Positions 53,476-63,224 of a stretch of DNA of 64,000 nucleotides are shown one piece after another. Position 1 is the first letter of the stretch. Each line of letters starts with the position of its first letter. The DNA is from Oscillatoria acuminata PCC 6304. GTDB taxonomy: Bacteria > Cyanobacteriota > Cyanobacteriia > Cyanobacteriales > Laspinemataceae. Both the position numbers and the translations under genes were made by a program. Location of the stretch: the NCBI RefSeq assembly GCF_000317105.1, contig NC_019693.1:3967227-4031226 (forward strand). The letters run 5' to 3'. A model generated the notes under the pieces. It saw only the letters and a program-made list of their open reading frames with translations. It did no database searches and was not told the DNA's origin.

Positions 53476-53937
53476 CCTTAACTCCTACTGAGTTTTTGAC
53501 CCCTAAACGGCGTAATTGCCCTCTCCTTTTTCTGGAGGTCAGTCCTTCTGCTTATTGAGAATCTTTTATAATAAGCAATGATTTGCATCCTATAGCTTCT
53601 GAATAGCCTTGTCAATAGGGCAAGGGAAATTTTTTAGGGTTTTCTGTGTTGATTGCTACAGGGTAGGCCGCAAATCTCCGAAAATTGGGCCTAAAAGCGA
53701 GGGTTGATGGGGAGTTTAGAGAAATTTCAGGACCGTGGACTCCTAATTTTTCAGTCAAAAGATTGGCATTTAGTCTACCTTTAATGAGAATATCTTTAAA
53801 TAAGTAGAAAGAATCTATCCCAACTTATTGATAAGATTCTCAATTACTTGAGACTAAGGGGGACCTATGATGACAAGCTGAGGGAGAAATCCACCGCCTC
53901 GATTCATCCCTCCTCGATTCTGTTACTCTAGATCACC
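53476..53937. promoter_or_regulatory. Divergent intergenic promoter region between the biosynthetic operon (-) and the MFS/uptake genes (+), with inverted-repeat candidate operator sites
   Basis: 462 bp AT-rich non-coding region. It contains 'cttattgagaatcttttataataagcaatgatttgc' (53550-53585) and 'cttattgataagattctcaattac' (53829-53852), which hold inverted copies of 'ttgagaatctt'/'aagattctcaa' and GATAAT-like hexamers. Confidence 0.4.
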
Positions 53938-55212
53938 ATGCGTACTTTTCTGATTGTTTGGCTGGGTCAGTTGGTCTCTACCTTCGGGAGTCGAATGACC
54001 AACTTTGCCCTAATTGTTTGGACTTGGGAAGTGACCGGATCAGCCACTGCCCTGGGTTTGGTGACCGTCTTTACTCAACTGCCCGGTTTAGCAGTCGCCT
54101 TATTTGCCGGGGCGCTCATCGATCGCAGCGATCGCAAAGTCGCGATCATTGTGGGAGATTCCATTGCCGCACTTTCAACCTTGACCATTTTATTGTTAGC
54201 GGCAGTCGGGCAACTGCAACTCTGGCATCTGTTCGTGATTAATGGCATCAATGGCATTTTCGGGGAAATCCAACAATTGGCGTATTCGGCGTCAGTGAGT
54301 TTGATGGTTCCGAAACAGCACTATGTCCGGGTCAGCAGCCTCAAATCCATGCTGCATTACGCCCCAAATATTTTATCCCCCGCCTTTGCCGGTGCCCTGT
54401 ACCCCATTACCGGACTGGTGGGAATTGCCGCTATCGACTTACTCACCTTTGCGGTGGGGGTGAGTACGGTGCTTTTGGTTAAGATCCCCCAGCCTCCCCG
54501 AAGTGAGTTAACGTCTAATCAGCCGAAACTCTGGCAGGAACTCACCTTGGGCTGTCGTTATATTATGGCCCGTTCCTCCTTAATGGGATTTTTCGCTTTA
54601 GAGTTACTCTTTTGGTTTGGGCATGATTTGGGCGCAGTGATGCATCGGTCTACTATTTTAGCCCGGACCGATGGGAATGCCGAAGTGCTCGGGATGGTGA
54701 GTGCAGCAGCGGGAATTGCCGGAATTATTGGGGCAGTTGCTTTGACCGGGTGGGGTGGCCCCAAGCGCCGGATTCAGGGATTTTTAGGGTCAGCGATCGC
54801 CGTGGGGGTGAGTAAAACCCTATTTGCCCTCGGTCAATCCCTATCAATTTGGATCCCCATGCAGTTATGCTCCTCCCTAAATTTTCCCCTGTTAACCAGT
54901 TCCAGTACCGCCATTTGGCTGGAAAAAACCCCCCCGGAAGTCCAGGGACGGGTGTTTGCCGCCCAATCCTTCGGCATGGGAGTGGTCTCAACTGTGGCAA
55001 CGGCAGTCGCCGGTCCCTTAGCCGACGGCTTCTTTGAACCCGCCATGCGACCCGGTGGCGTCTTAAGCCCCTGGTTTGGCAGCCTCTTCGGCACAGGTCC
55101 CGGTTCCGGGATGGCCCTGTTATATGCCGTCACCTCCCTGGGTTTGATTCTCGTCGGAATTCGGGGATACTGTTGGCCCCTGGTGCGCCAGATAGAAAAG
55201 AGTAGCGTCTAG
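53938..55212 (+). CDS. MFS transporter, EntS-like (candidate siderophore exporter)
   Basis: 424 aa, ~12 TM segments. N-terminus 'LIVWLGQLVSTFGSRMTNFALIVW...LFAGALIDRSDRK' resembles the enterobactin-exporter MFS subfamily. Confidence 0.6.
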   Translation: MRTFLIVWLGQLVSTFGSRMTNFALIVWTWEVTGSATALGLVTVFTQLPGLAVALFAGALIDRSDRKVAIIVGDSIAALSTLTILLLAAVGQLQLWHLFVINGINGIFGEIQQLAYSASVSLMVPKQHYVRVSSLKSMLHYAPNILSPAFAGALYPITGLVGIAAIDLLTFAVGVSTVLLVKIPQPPRSELTSNQPKLWQELTLGCRYIMARSSLMGFFALELLFWFGHDLGAVMHRSTILARTDGNAEVLGMVSAAAGIAGIIGAVALTGWGGPKRRIQGFLGSAIAVGVSKTLFALGQSLSIWIPMQLCSSLNFPLLTSSSTAIWLEKTPPEVQGRVFAAQSFGMGVVSTVATAVAGPLADGFFEPAMRPGGVLSPWFGSLFGTGPGSGMALLYAVTSLGLILVGIRGYCWPLVRQIEKSSV

Positions 55213-55431
55213 TTGAAAGTTTTCCGCATTATTTGCTAAGAATTGTCAAGAAAAGTTGCTATTTTGATAAACAGCACCAGCCCCAGTCAACCCTGAATTC
55301 TCCAAAGTCCAGGGTTGAGAACCTTGATAAATCAAGCAGAACTTCCGCTCAATCCGGACTTGAGGAGGGGTTTGGCAGAAATTTTCCGCCCCCATTTCCT
55401 CCGGTTACCAAAAAATTTTAGCAATTACCTA

Positions 55432-55460
55432 TTGACAGTCATAGACCACTTAGGGTAAAT
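55432..55460 (+). promoter_or_regulatory. Candidate sigma70-type promoter for the TonB-receptor/ABC operon
   Basis: 'ttgaca' (55432-55437), 17-nt spacer, 'gtaaat' (55455-55460), ~85 nt upstream of the TTG start. Confidence 0.3.
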
Positions 55461-55545
55461 TGACTTGGCTAATGCAAATTACTATCAATAACTGAGATGA
55501 ATTGCAAAAACTTCTATTGTATAGATTGGGACTGAGGAAAGGAAA

Positions 55546-58185
55546 TTGAGAGTTGAATCGTTCTTGCCCGGAGTATTGTTATCGGGTGCAACTGTATTGG
55601 TATTGGCTTCTCCAGCGACTGCCCAAGTCGTAGAAGTAACCGGAGTGCGAGTGGAATCTACCTCCACTGGGTTACAAATTATCTTGGAAACAACCGGCGA
55701 TCGCGTTCCCCAAGTCTTTACCTCTAGTTTTGGTGAGACCACAATTGTTGACATTACCAACACTCAACTGCGATTGACCCAGGGGAGTTCCTTTCGCCAG
55801 GACAACCCTGCCGAGGGAATCGAGTCAATCGCCGTCACGAGTTTAGATTCCAACAGCATTCGCCTCACCGTTACCGGAACTAGCGCAATGCCAATGGTAC
55901 AGGCAACTGACCCGGCGAATCCACTCACCTTTGAAGTGATGACCTCGACGGATGTTGCCGAGGACCCCTTCCCAGATAGTGAACCCGAAGCCGTTCCTGA
56001 ACCTGAAACGCCTACCACATCAGAGACTCAAGAAGACTCCCTTCCAGAGATTGAACCCGAAGTGGTTCCCGACCCTGAAACGCCTACCACACTAGAGACT
56101 CAAGCGGATCAGGAACTGGATATCCTAGAAATTATTGTCACCGCCACGCGAACGGCTGAACGGTTGATTAAAGTGCCGCGATCGATCACCGTCCTTGATC
56201 GCCAAGATATTGATGAGCAGACCACAGTTTCCACAGACTTGGGGGATGTTTTAGCCAAAACAGTCCCTGGATTGGGACCCCCGACCAGTGGCAGTTCCGC
56301 GAGATCCATTGTCCAAAACTTACGGGGTCGAGAGGTTGCCATTTTAATCGATGGCGTTCCCCAAACCTCCAATTACGGGCTGACTCGGGACCTTCGGATG
56401 ATCGACCCCAACATCGTAGAACGAGTGGAAGTAGTCCGAGGACCCAGCGCAATTTATGGAAGTCAGGCAACCGGGGGAGCCATTAATATCATTACCCGAA
56501 GCCCGACACAAGATGCCTTTAGCATTGATACCGGAGTCAGCTTTACAGGTTCTCTCACCCATTTATCCGATAGTATCAGCAACCGGCAATATTTCGGACT
56601 TTCGCAAAAAGAGGGAATCATTGACTATAGCGTATCTGTCGTCCGGGAAGATAATGGGGCAATTTTTGATGCGTCTGGCGATCGCATTCCCGACGTCGGT
56701 GGGGGTGGGACACTTGAGGCCCGAGAATACAGCGCTTTGGGTAAATTGGGATTAGATATCACCGATACCCAACGCCTGCAACTCACCGCCAACTATTTTG
56801 TGGGAAGGCAAGACACCAGCTATATTTCTGATCCCATTGTTCTAGAGCTAGAGGGTCGGCCAAAAGCCCGTGCTTTGAGGGCAGTTAACGGCAATTATGA
56901 AGGCACCGTTGATGCCGGAGACGAAAATTTGGTCATCAGCTTGCGCTATACCAATGATGACATTCTCGGGAGTCAATTACAAGCCCAAACCTACTACCAG
57001 GAATATACCTCAGCCATCGGTGGTACGGATTTTCGCGGTGGATTTTTTGATATCATCGCCCGTCAGCGTGCTCAAGGAGACAAATGGGGTGGGCAACTTC
57101 AAGTAGAAACACCCCTCACCTCATCAGGAAGCGCTCGTCTGCTGTGGGGAGTAGATTATGTCGATGAGAACAATGTAGCCCCTTTTGATGAATTCGACCC
57201 TGTGGCGTTTGATGAGCGCGGTGTGTTTAGAAAAATCGCCACCCGGACTTTTGTTCCGGCTTATAGTCTCAGCCAACTCGGCTTATTTGCTCAAGGTAAC
57301 TGGGATCCCACGGACTGGTTGAGACTCACTGGAGGGGTACGTCATGAACGAATTGCCCTGAGTGTTGACGATTACACCTCGTTTTTTGGAAGAGACATTG
57401 AAGGGGGCGATGTAGACTTGAACGGCACCGTATTTAATGCGGGTTCAGTGGTCAATTTAACCCCTGAGTTTGGGATATTTGCCAACTTTGCTCAAGGGTT
57501 TTCAATTCCTTCCCCTGGGGGAGTTCTTCGCAATCCTCCCGAGGATTTCAACAATGTTGGAAGGGATCTAACCATTACGGAACCCATCAAGGTGAACAAC
57601 TATGAAATCGGGGTGCGTGGACTCTGGCCACAAATCCAGGTTTCTTTGGCTGGATTTTATAACTACTCGGATTTAGGGGCAGGGTTTATCTTTGTGGATG
57701 GGATTTCTCGGCTGGTCCGTGCGCCGGAACGGAGGTATGGGGTTGAGGCAACGGCAGATTGGCAACCGGGATGGAATTTGAGCTTAGGGGGAACTCTAAG
57801 CTGGACCGAAGGAGAAAGTGACCTGGAAGATTCGGGAGATTATCTGGCGGCTTCCAGCTTTGATATTACTCCGTTAAAAGCCACAGCTTACCTCGAACAT
57901 CAAACGACGCCAAGCTGGTCAAATCGCTTGCAATTTCTCTACTCCGGTAACCGCAACCGTGCCTTTGATGATGAGGTAGACAACACTGCAATTGATGCCT
58001 ACTTTCTGGTAGACTATGTTGGCAGCATCCAACTTGGGGCAGGCACTTTAAACTTTGGGGTCGAAAATCTATTAAACGCCCAATATTTTACGGCTCAATC
58101 TCAAGTGTTGGCGGGCTTTGTTGGTACCTCTAATACCGCAGGAGAGGGGCGGACGTTAAGAATTGGGTATTCGTTGAGGTTTTAA
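55546..58185 (+). CDS. TonB-dependent outer-membrane siderophore receptor with N-terminal extension domain
   Basis: Signal peptide 'LLSGATVLVLASPATAQ'. N-terminal ~90-aa extra domain. Two tandem Pro/Glu-rich ~22-aa repeats. Plug 'IIVTATRTAERLIKVPRSITVL'. Beta-barrel ending in the aromatic C-terminus '...RIGYSLRF'. TTG start. Confidence 0.85.
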   Translation: MRVESFLPGVLLSGATVLVLASPATAQVVEVTGVRVESTSTGLQIILETTGDRVPQVFTSSFGETTIVDITNTQLRLTQGSSFRQDNPAEGIESIAVTSLDSNSIRLTVTGTSAMPMVQATDPANPLTFEVMTSTDVAEDPFPDSEPEAVPEPETPTTSETQEDSLPEIEPEVVPDPETPTTLETQADQELDILEIIVTATRTAERLIKVPRSITVLDRQDIDEQTTVSTDLGDVLAKTVPGLGPPTSGSSARSIVQNLRGREVAILIDGVPQTSNYGLTRDLRMIDPNIVERVEVVRGPSAIYGSQATGGAINIITRSPTQDAFSIDTGVSFTGSLTHLSDSISNRQYFGLSQKEGIIDYSVSVVREDNGAIFDASGDRIPDVGGGGTLEAREYSALGKLGLDITDTQRLQLTANYFVGRQDTSYISDPIVLELEGRPKARALRAVNGNYEGTVDAGDENLVISLRYTNDDILGSQLQAQTYYQEYTSAIGGTDFRGGFFDIIARQRAQGDKWGGQLQVETPLTSSGSARLLWGVDYVDENNVAPFDEFDPVAFDERGVFRKIATRTFVPAYSLSQLGLFAQGNWDPTDWLRLTGGVRHERIALSVDDYTSFFGRDIEGGDVDLNGTVFNAGSVVNLTPEFGIFANFAQGFSIPSPGGVLRNPPEDFNNVGRDLTITEPIKVNNYEIGVRGLWPQIQVSLAGFYNYSDLGAGFIFVDGISRLVRAPERRYGVEATADWQPGWNLSLGGTLSWTEGESDLEDSGDYLAASSFDITPLKATAYLEHQTTPSWSNRLQFLYSGNRNRAFDDEVDNTAIDAYFLVDYVGSIQLGAGTLNFGVENLLNAQYFTAQSQVLAGFVGTSNTAGEGRTLRIGYSLRF

Positions 58186-58186
58186 G

Positions 58187-59191
58187 TTGCAGATGAGGGA
58201 AGCAGTCGCCAGGGTACTCTATTCCGGGTTATTAATCACCGTTTTAATGGCCTGTCGGGGGACTTTTGTCCCTCACTATTCCGTGGGAAATCGATCCGGG
58301 GTTAACCCAGCCTTACCCACACAGCGGGTTCAAACGTTTACCGATGTCACCGAAACTGTGGTACAGGTGAGGGAATCTCCTGAGCGCATAGTTTGCTTAC
58401 ATTTAATGTGTATTGACATCTTGGCGGAACTCGATCTCGAACCCGTGGGGATGAATGGGGGTTTAGTAGAGATGGCCATGAATTCAGTGTACTTTGGCGA
58501 TCGCGCTCGTAGTTTCGGCCAAATTGGTGGTCACGGGGAACCGAATTTAGAACAGTTACTCATCCTAGAACCGGATGTAACCATCGGACATCAGATCCAG
58601 CTTTCCCATCAACGTCAAACCCTCGAAACGATTACCCCCCTGTATCTGATGAAGGTGGAAACCTACACCGAGGCAGTCTCCAATCTCCAGGCAGTGGGTA
58701 AAATGTTGGGGTCCGAAGAAAAGGCCGAAGCAGCAGCTTGGCACTTTTTAGATAAATTCAGGGCTTATCGGGCCAAATCCCCGCGAACTCACAGCGTGAT
58801 GGTAATGCAAGGGAGCCCGAGTAGATATTTTGTTGCTACAAACCAATCCCTCGTGGGTTCCACCCTGGCCGAACTCACACCCTATCCCTGGCGTCTGGGG
58901 TATAACTCGGCGAGCGCTATTAATTGGACAACTTATTCCTTTGAGGAAATCCTCTCCGTCGATCCGGATTTCATTTTCATCATCAACAGTTCCCGCGCCC
59001 CGGATTTGATTTCGGGGTTAAAAACCCATCGTCTGTGGCAAACGCTCACCGCAGTAAAACGGAGTCAGGTCTTTGCCCTGGAGGAAGACCAAATTGGCGG
59101 GTTGTCGAGTGGCACTCGGTCCCTGGGCCAGTTACTGGATGACATTATGACCACCATGTATCCTGACGTTTTTCCGGAACCCTTACCATGA
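58187..59191 (+). CDS. Periplasmic Fe3+-siderophore binding lipoprotein (FecB/FhuD family)
   Basis: Lipobox 'VLMAC'. 334 aa. ATGA overlap with the downstream permease gene. Confidence 0.75.
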   Translation: MQMREAVARVLYSGLLITVLMACRGTFVPHYSVGNRSGVNPALPTQRVQTFTDVTETVVQVRESPERIVCLHLMCIDILAELDLEPVGMNGGLVEMAMNSVYFGDRARSFGQIGGHGEPNLEQLLILEPDVTIGHQIQLSHQRQTLETITPLYLMKVETYTEAVSNLQAVGKMLGSEEKAEAAAWHFLDKFRAYRAKSPRTHSVMVMQGSPSRYFVATNQSLVGSTLAELTPYPWRLGYNSASAINWTTYSFEEILSVDPDFIFIINSSRAPDLISGLKTHRLWQTLTAVKRSQVFALEEDQIGGLSSGTRSLGQLLDDIMTTMYPDVFPEPLP

Positions 59192-60216
59192 GTGCGACTC
59201 ACCCGGACCCCCTGATCCTGAGAGCTTCCCGATTTTGGGTGGCACTGATCTCACTGACGGCAATGCTTCTGGCCCTTGGCCTCCTGTCTCTGCAATTGGG
59301 AAAACCGACCCTCAACTTATCCCAGTTGTGGGAGATTGCCATTTCTGGACAAGGGGAACCGATTCAGCGCTTGGTGTTTTGGGAAATCCGCTTGCCCCGC
59401 CTGATTCTCGGCACCCTCACTGGCGCAATCTTAGCCCTGGCCGGAGTCCTCCTCCAGAATGCCTTGCGGAATGTTCTGGCAGGGCCGGAATTGTTGGGAG
59501 TTCAGTCGGGGGCAGCAGCAGTGATGGCGGCGATCATTGTCTTACAACTACCTGTGCCTATTTCGGTCTATCCCTTACTGGCGTTGGTCGGGGGTATGGT
59601 GGGAGGGGCGATCGTCTTAATCTCCTCCAAACGCACATCAGACCCGGTCCGGCTAGTCTTGATTGGTGCTGCCATGACCGCCCTATTGAACTCCATAACG
59701 ATCGCCTTAATTAGTCTAGGGACTGCCAACAATGTCAGTCTGCTTTTTTTATACTTATTGGGTTCTCTCGCCGGTCGCACTTGGGACGAAGTGCAGATCG
59801 TGGTATCTTGGGCCATTGTGGGCATTCCCCTCGCCCTGCTGTGCGCCCGTCCCCTGAATATCTTGCAACTGGGGGATGAACTGGCTGAAGGACTGGGGTT
59901 AAAAGTGTTACCCACCCGCTTTGCCATTGGGGTATTGAGTGTCGTCCTGGTCGCCCCGGCGATGGCTACCTGTGGCCCGATCGCCTATATCGCCTTACTC
60001 GCCCCCCACCTCGCCCGCAATCTCTTAGGCACCACCGATGCAAAGCAAGTTCTGGTCCTGGCGATTCCCATCGGTGCGCTCTTGCTCGTGGGTGCAGATT
60101 TGGTGGCAAGGGAAGCGTTTGCACCGATGGAAATACCTGTGGGAGTCTGGACCACCCTCCTCGGTGGACCGGCTTTATTAGTGCTGCTGCAAAAACAAAT
60201 TCGGAGTCGAGGATAA
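59188..60216 (+). CDS. Fe3+-siderophore ABC permease (FecCD family)
   Basis: 342 aa polytopic protein. 'GAALAGVLLQ...LLGVQSGAA' FecCD signature region. Confidence 0.8.
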   Translation: MSATHPDPLILRASRFWVALISLTAMLLALGLLSLQLGKPTLNLSQLWEIAISGQGEPIQRLVFWEIRLPRLILGTLTGAILALAGVLLQNALRNVLAGPELLGVQSGAAAVMAAIIVLQLPVPISVYPLLALVGGMVGGAIVLISSKRTSDPVRLVLIGAAMTALLNSITIALISLGTANNVSLLFLYLLGSLAGRTWDEVQIVVSWAIVGIPLALLCARPLNILQLGDELAEGLGLKVLPTRFAIGVLSVVLVAPAMATCGPIAYIALLAPHLARNLLGTTDAKQVLVLAIPIGALLLVGADLVAREAFAPMEIPVGVWTTLLGGPALLVLLQKQIRSRG

Positions 60217-61283
60217 TGACGGTCTTACCCGGAAGGAGAATTCAGACCCCGCAAGCGGGTCAACTCACATTTGCTCAGAGCATGACTGCGGTCATCCTCG
60301 TTCTGGGGGTCGTCTTTGTCTTGCACGTTTGTGTTGGCAGTGGTACCCTTTCCCCCGAGGAAGCCGTCGCCGCTTTGGTGAATCACCCGCTCCAAGCGGT
60401 ACATGGCCGGATTGTCTGGGAATTGCGCGTCCCCAGGGCAGCAGTTGCTACCCTGGCCGGGTCTTTATTTGGACTCTCCGGGGCCATGCTCCAGGCAATT
60501 ATCCGCAACCCTTTAGCAGAACCCAGTCTCACGGGGGTGACCTCTGGGGCGGTATTGTTTTTAATCCTCTCCCTGACGTTCTTACCTTTTGGGGAAATTC
60601 CTCCCATCTGGTTCCCGGCGATCGCATTGGTGGGAGGATGTCTGACCAGCAGTATGGTGTACTTCCTGAGTCGGCAACCCAATCGCCCGAGTGACCCTTT
60701 ACAACTGGTCTTAAATGGGGCCGTTGTAGCGGCGATCGTTCAATCCATTAACTCTTTACTATTATTAAGAGATCAAGAATCCCTCGGCATCATTTTATTC
60801 TGGCTGGTTGGCTCCTTGCACGGGCGCACCTGGGTGCATTGGCAGGGGATTTGGGCAGTCGCCCTGATTGCCTTACCCTGTGGACTCGCCTGCGCCCGAG
60901 TTGCCAATCTGCTCCATCTCGGCGATGATGTTGCCGCCGGATTGGGAGTCCCCGTGGGTCAAGCGAGAGCCACTTTATTTTTTATTGCGGTTTGGTTAAG
61001 TGCCACGGCGGTTTCTGTCGTTGGTGCCGTCGGATTCATTGGCTTAATCGGCCCCCATTTAGCCCGTCAATGGGTCGGAAACGATGCCCGTCGCTTGTTT
61101 CCCCTGAGTACCGCCATTACTGCCCTGTTACTGTTAGGATCTGATTTATTCGCCCAAGTGCTCACCCTCACCTTTGGCAATAATAGAGCCACCCTCCCGG
61201 TTGGGGCTGTTACCGCCCTGTTAGGTGCACCCTTCTTTTTATATCTAGTTTTAAGAAAAAACCCGATGGGTTCCAGATCATAA
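60216..61283 (+). CDS. Fe3+-siderophore ABC permease (FecCD family), second subunit
   Basis: 355 aa, paralog of 59188..60216 ('LAGSLFGLSGAMLQAIIRNPLAEPSLTGV'). Confidence 0.8.
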   Translation: MTVLPGRRIQTPQAGQLTFAQSMTAVILVLGVVFVLHVCVGSGTLSPEEAVAALVNHPLQAVHGRIVWELRVPRAAVATLAGSLFGLSGAMLQAIIRNPLAEPSLTGVTSGAVLFLILSLTFLPFGEIPPIWFPAIALVGGCLTSSMVYFLSRQPNRPSDPLQLVLNGAVVAAIVQSINSLLLLRDQESLGIILFWLVGSLHGRTWVHWQGIWAVALIALPCGLACARVANLLHLGDDVAAGLGVPVGQARATLFFIAVWLSATAVSVVGAVGFIGLIGPHLARQWVGNDARRLFPLSTAITALLLLGSDLFAQVLTLTFGNNRATLPVGAVTALLGAPFFLYLVLRKNPMGSRS

Positions 61284-61285
61284 TT

Positions 61286-62116
61286 ATGTCAGTAAACTCC
61301 CCGATTCTCGCCGCTGAAGATTTACAAGTTGGTTACAGTCACCAGACTATCCTCAAGAACCTGTCCATCGAGATTGAACGGGGGAGAGTTACGGCATTAG
61401 TCGGACCCAATGGGTCGGGCAAATCTACCCTTTTAAAAACTTTAGCTCGATTGTTGTCCCCGAGTAGCGGACAAGTTTATTTGAATGGGGTGGCACTCAC
61501 GCGCCTTGCCACCCGAGATATCGCCCGTCAAATGGCTATTCTGCCTCAAAATCCAGTCGCCCCTCCGGGATTAACGGTCGCTGAATTAGTGGAACAGGGC
61601 CGGTTTCCTCATGTGGGACCTTTAGGGATGTTACGTCGCCAGGACCGGGAGGCGATCGCCGAGGCCCTGACTCTTACCGCCATGACCGAATTTGCCCATC
61701 GCCGTCTGGATAATCTCTCCGGAGGAGAACGACAACGGGCCTGGATTTCTCTAGCTTTAGCTCAAGAAACGCCTTTATTATTATTAGATGAACCGACGAG
61801 CTTTTTAGATATTGGACATCAGCTAGAAGTGTTAGAAATTGTCCGTCACCTGAATCGCGATCGGGGGATGACAATTATTTTAGTCCTCCATGACTTAAAT
61901 CAAGCCGCCCGTTACAGCGATCGCATGGTGGTTCTCAAACGGGGACGAATTATAGCCGATGGAACTCCCCGTCGCGTCTTAACCCCGGACCTTTTAGCCG
62001 AAGCCTTCGGAGTCCGCGCCCGAGTCACCCTGGAACCGGAAACCGGAATTCCCTTATGTTTTCCCTATGCCTATATTGGCAATGCTCCCCTGCCTGTAGA
62101 TGCTCCTCAATCTTAG
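61286..62116 (+). CDS. Fe3+-siderophore ABC transporter ATPase (FecE/FhuC family)
   Basis: Walker A 'GPNGSGKST', ABC signature 'LSGGERQR', Walker B 'LLLLDEPTSFLD', H-loop 'LHDL'. Confidence 0.9.
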   Translation: MSVNSPILAAEDLQVGYSHQTILKNLSIEIERGRVTALVGPNGSGKSTLLKTLARLLSPSSGQVYLNGVALTRLATRDIARQMAILPQNPVAPPGLTVAELVEQGRFPHVGPLGMLRRQDREAIAEALTLTAMTEFAHRRLDNLSGGERQRAWISLALAQETPLLLLDEPTSFLDIGHQLEVLEIVRHLNRDRGMTIILVLHDLNQAARYSDRMVVLKRGRIIADGTPRRVLTPDLLAEAFGVRARVTLEPETGIPLCFPYAYIGNAPLPVDAPQS

Positions 62117-62122
62117 CTGACT

Positions 62123-63100
62123 ATGAGCCATATTTCTTGTTCAGAATTAACTCGCCAATCTGGTAATTCCCTCAGTGGCACTGCATTAACCTACGAAAAT
62201 TATCTCTTAGTTGAATGTCCTCCTCCTTGGAACTCTTATGATTTAGAAACGCCAAGAATTCCCGATAATCTTCGGGCAGTCGGGAATGAAATTTATGGGA
62301 ATAAGCCCGTTAAAAATAGAATTCTGCTCATTTATAATCCCCTGTATCACCAGGAAAATACTCTCCGTGTCTTAACCTTTCGGAAACCCGGAGGGTCTGT
62401 TCTAGGATATGTGGGTCAAGAATTCTTTGTTTCTGATATCAATGAAGTTGCCTCCCTTGCTCACCACTGCTTTACCAGTCCCCGGGAAAAATTAGAAAAA
62501 AATCATCTCAAAACCCGAGATATTTTAATCTGTACCCACGGCCAAAATGACCGATGTTGTGCCAGATATGGCAATCCATTATATCGCCAAGCCTTAAAGA
62601 TAATTGAGGATTTATCATTAACCAATCTAAGAATTTGGCAAACCAGCCATATCGGGGGCCATCGCTTTGCACCGATTGCAGTCGCCTTTCCCGATGGCCG
62701 ATATTATGGTCAAATTGACTCCAGTGCTTTACAACCTTTACTGATGCAGTCCGGTTCGCTTCATGACTTATCCCGTGCCTATCGCGGTTGGGGAATTTTA
62801 CCCAAACCCGTGCAACTGTTAGAAAAAACACTGTTACAAGAATGGGGATGGCAGGGATTAAACTATAAAATGACAGGGCGAATTGTCACTGAAAATCCGG
62901 AGGCTTTTTATTACCGAGTTGAATTGGAAGTGAAAAGGGAAGGAAAGGTGATAATTTATCAAGCTGATGTAATTGGGGATAAACAAACCCGGATAGAGTT
63001 ACCGGAATCTTGTGTGGGAAATTGGCAAGAAACCGTCATGAATTATCAGGTCCAAGGAATAGAAGTGATAGCCCAGCAGGAATCACTTTCTCTCCCCTAA
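62123..63100 (+). CDS. Sucrase/ferredoxin-like (thioredoxin-fold, CxxH...DxCCxR motif) protein
   Basis: 'ILICTHGQNDRCCARYG' matches the Suc_Fer-like family cysteine motif. 325 aa. Co-directional and 7 nt downstream of the ABC ATPase. Confidence 0.55.
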   Translation: MSHISCSELTRQSGNSLSGTALTYENYLLVECPPPWNSYDLETPRIPDNLRAVGNEIYGNKPVKNRILLIYNPLYHQENTLRVLTFRKPGGSVLGYVGQEFFVSDINEVASLAHHCFTSPREKLEKNHLKTRDILICTHGQNDRCCARYGNPLYRQALKIIEDLSLTNLRIWQTSHIGGHRFAPIAVAFPDGRYYGQIDSSALQPLLMQSGSLHDLSRAYRGWGILPKPVQLLEKTLLQEWGWQGLNYKMTGRIVTENPEAFYYRVELEVKREGKVIIYQADVIGDKQTRIELPESCVGNWQETVMNYQVQGIEVIAQQESLSLP

Positions 63101-63224
63101 AAAAATGATTCAGAGAAAGCAGCATTAGCCGGTTACCGAAGTTAAATTTTCGCTTCAGTTTTAAAATATTGTTATTTCTAATGGATGGTCTAACTTTCAA
63201 TTACATCAAACAGAAATTCAGAGA

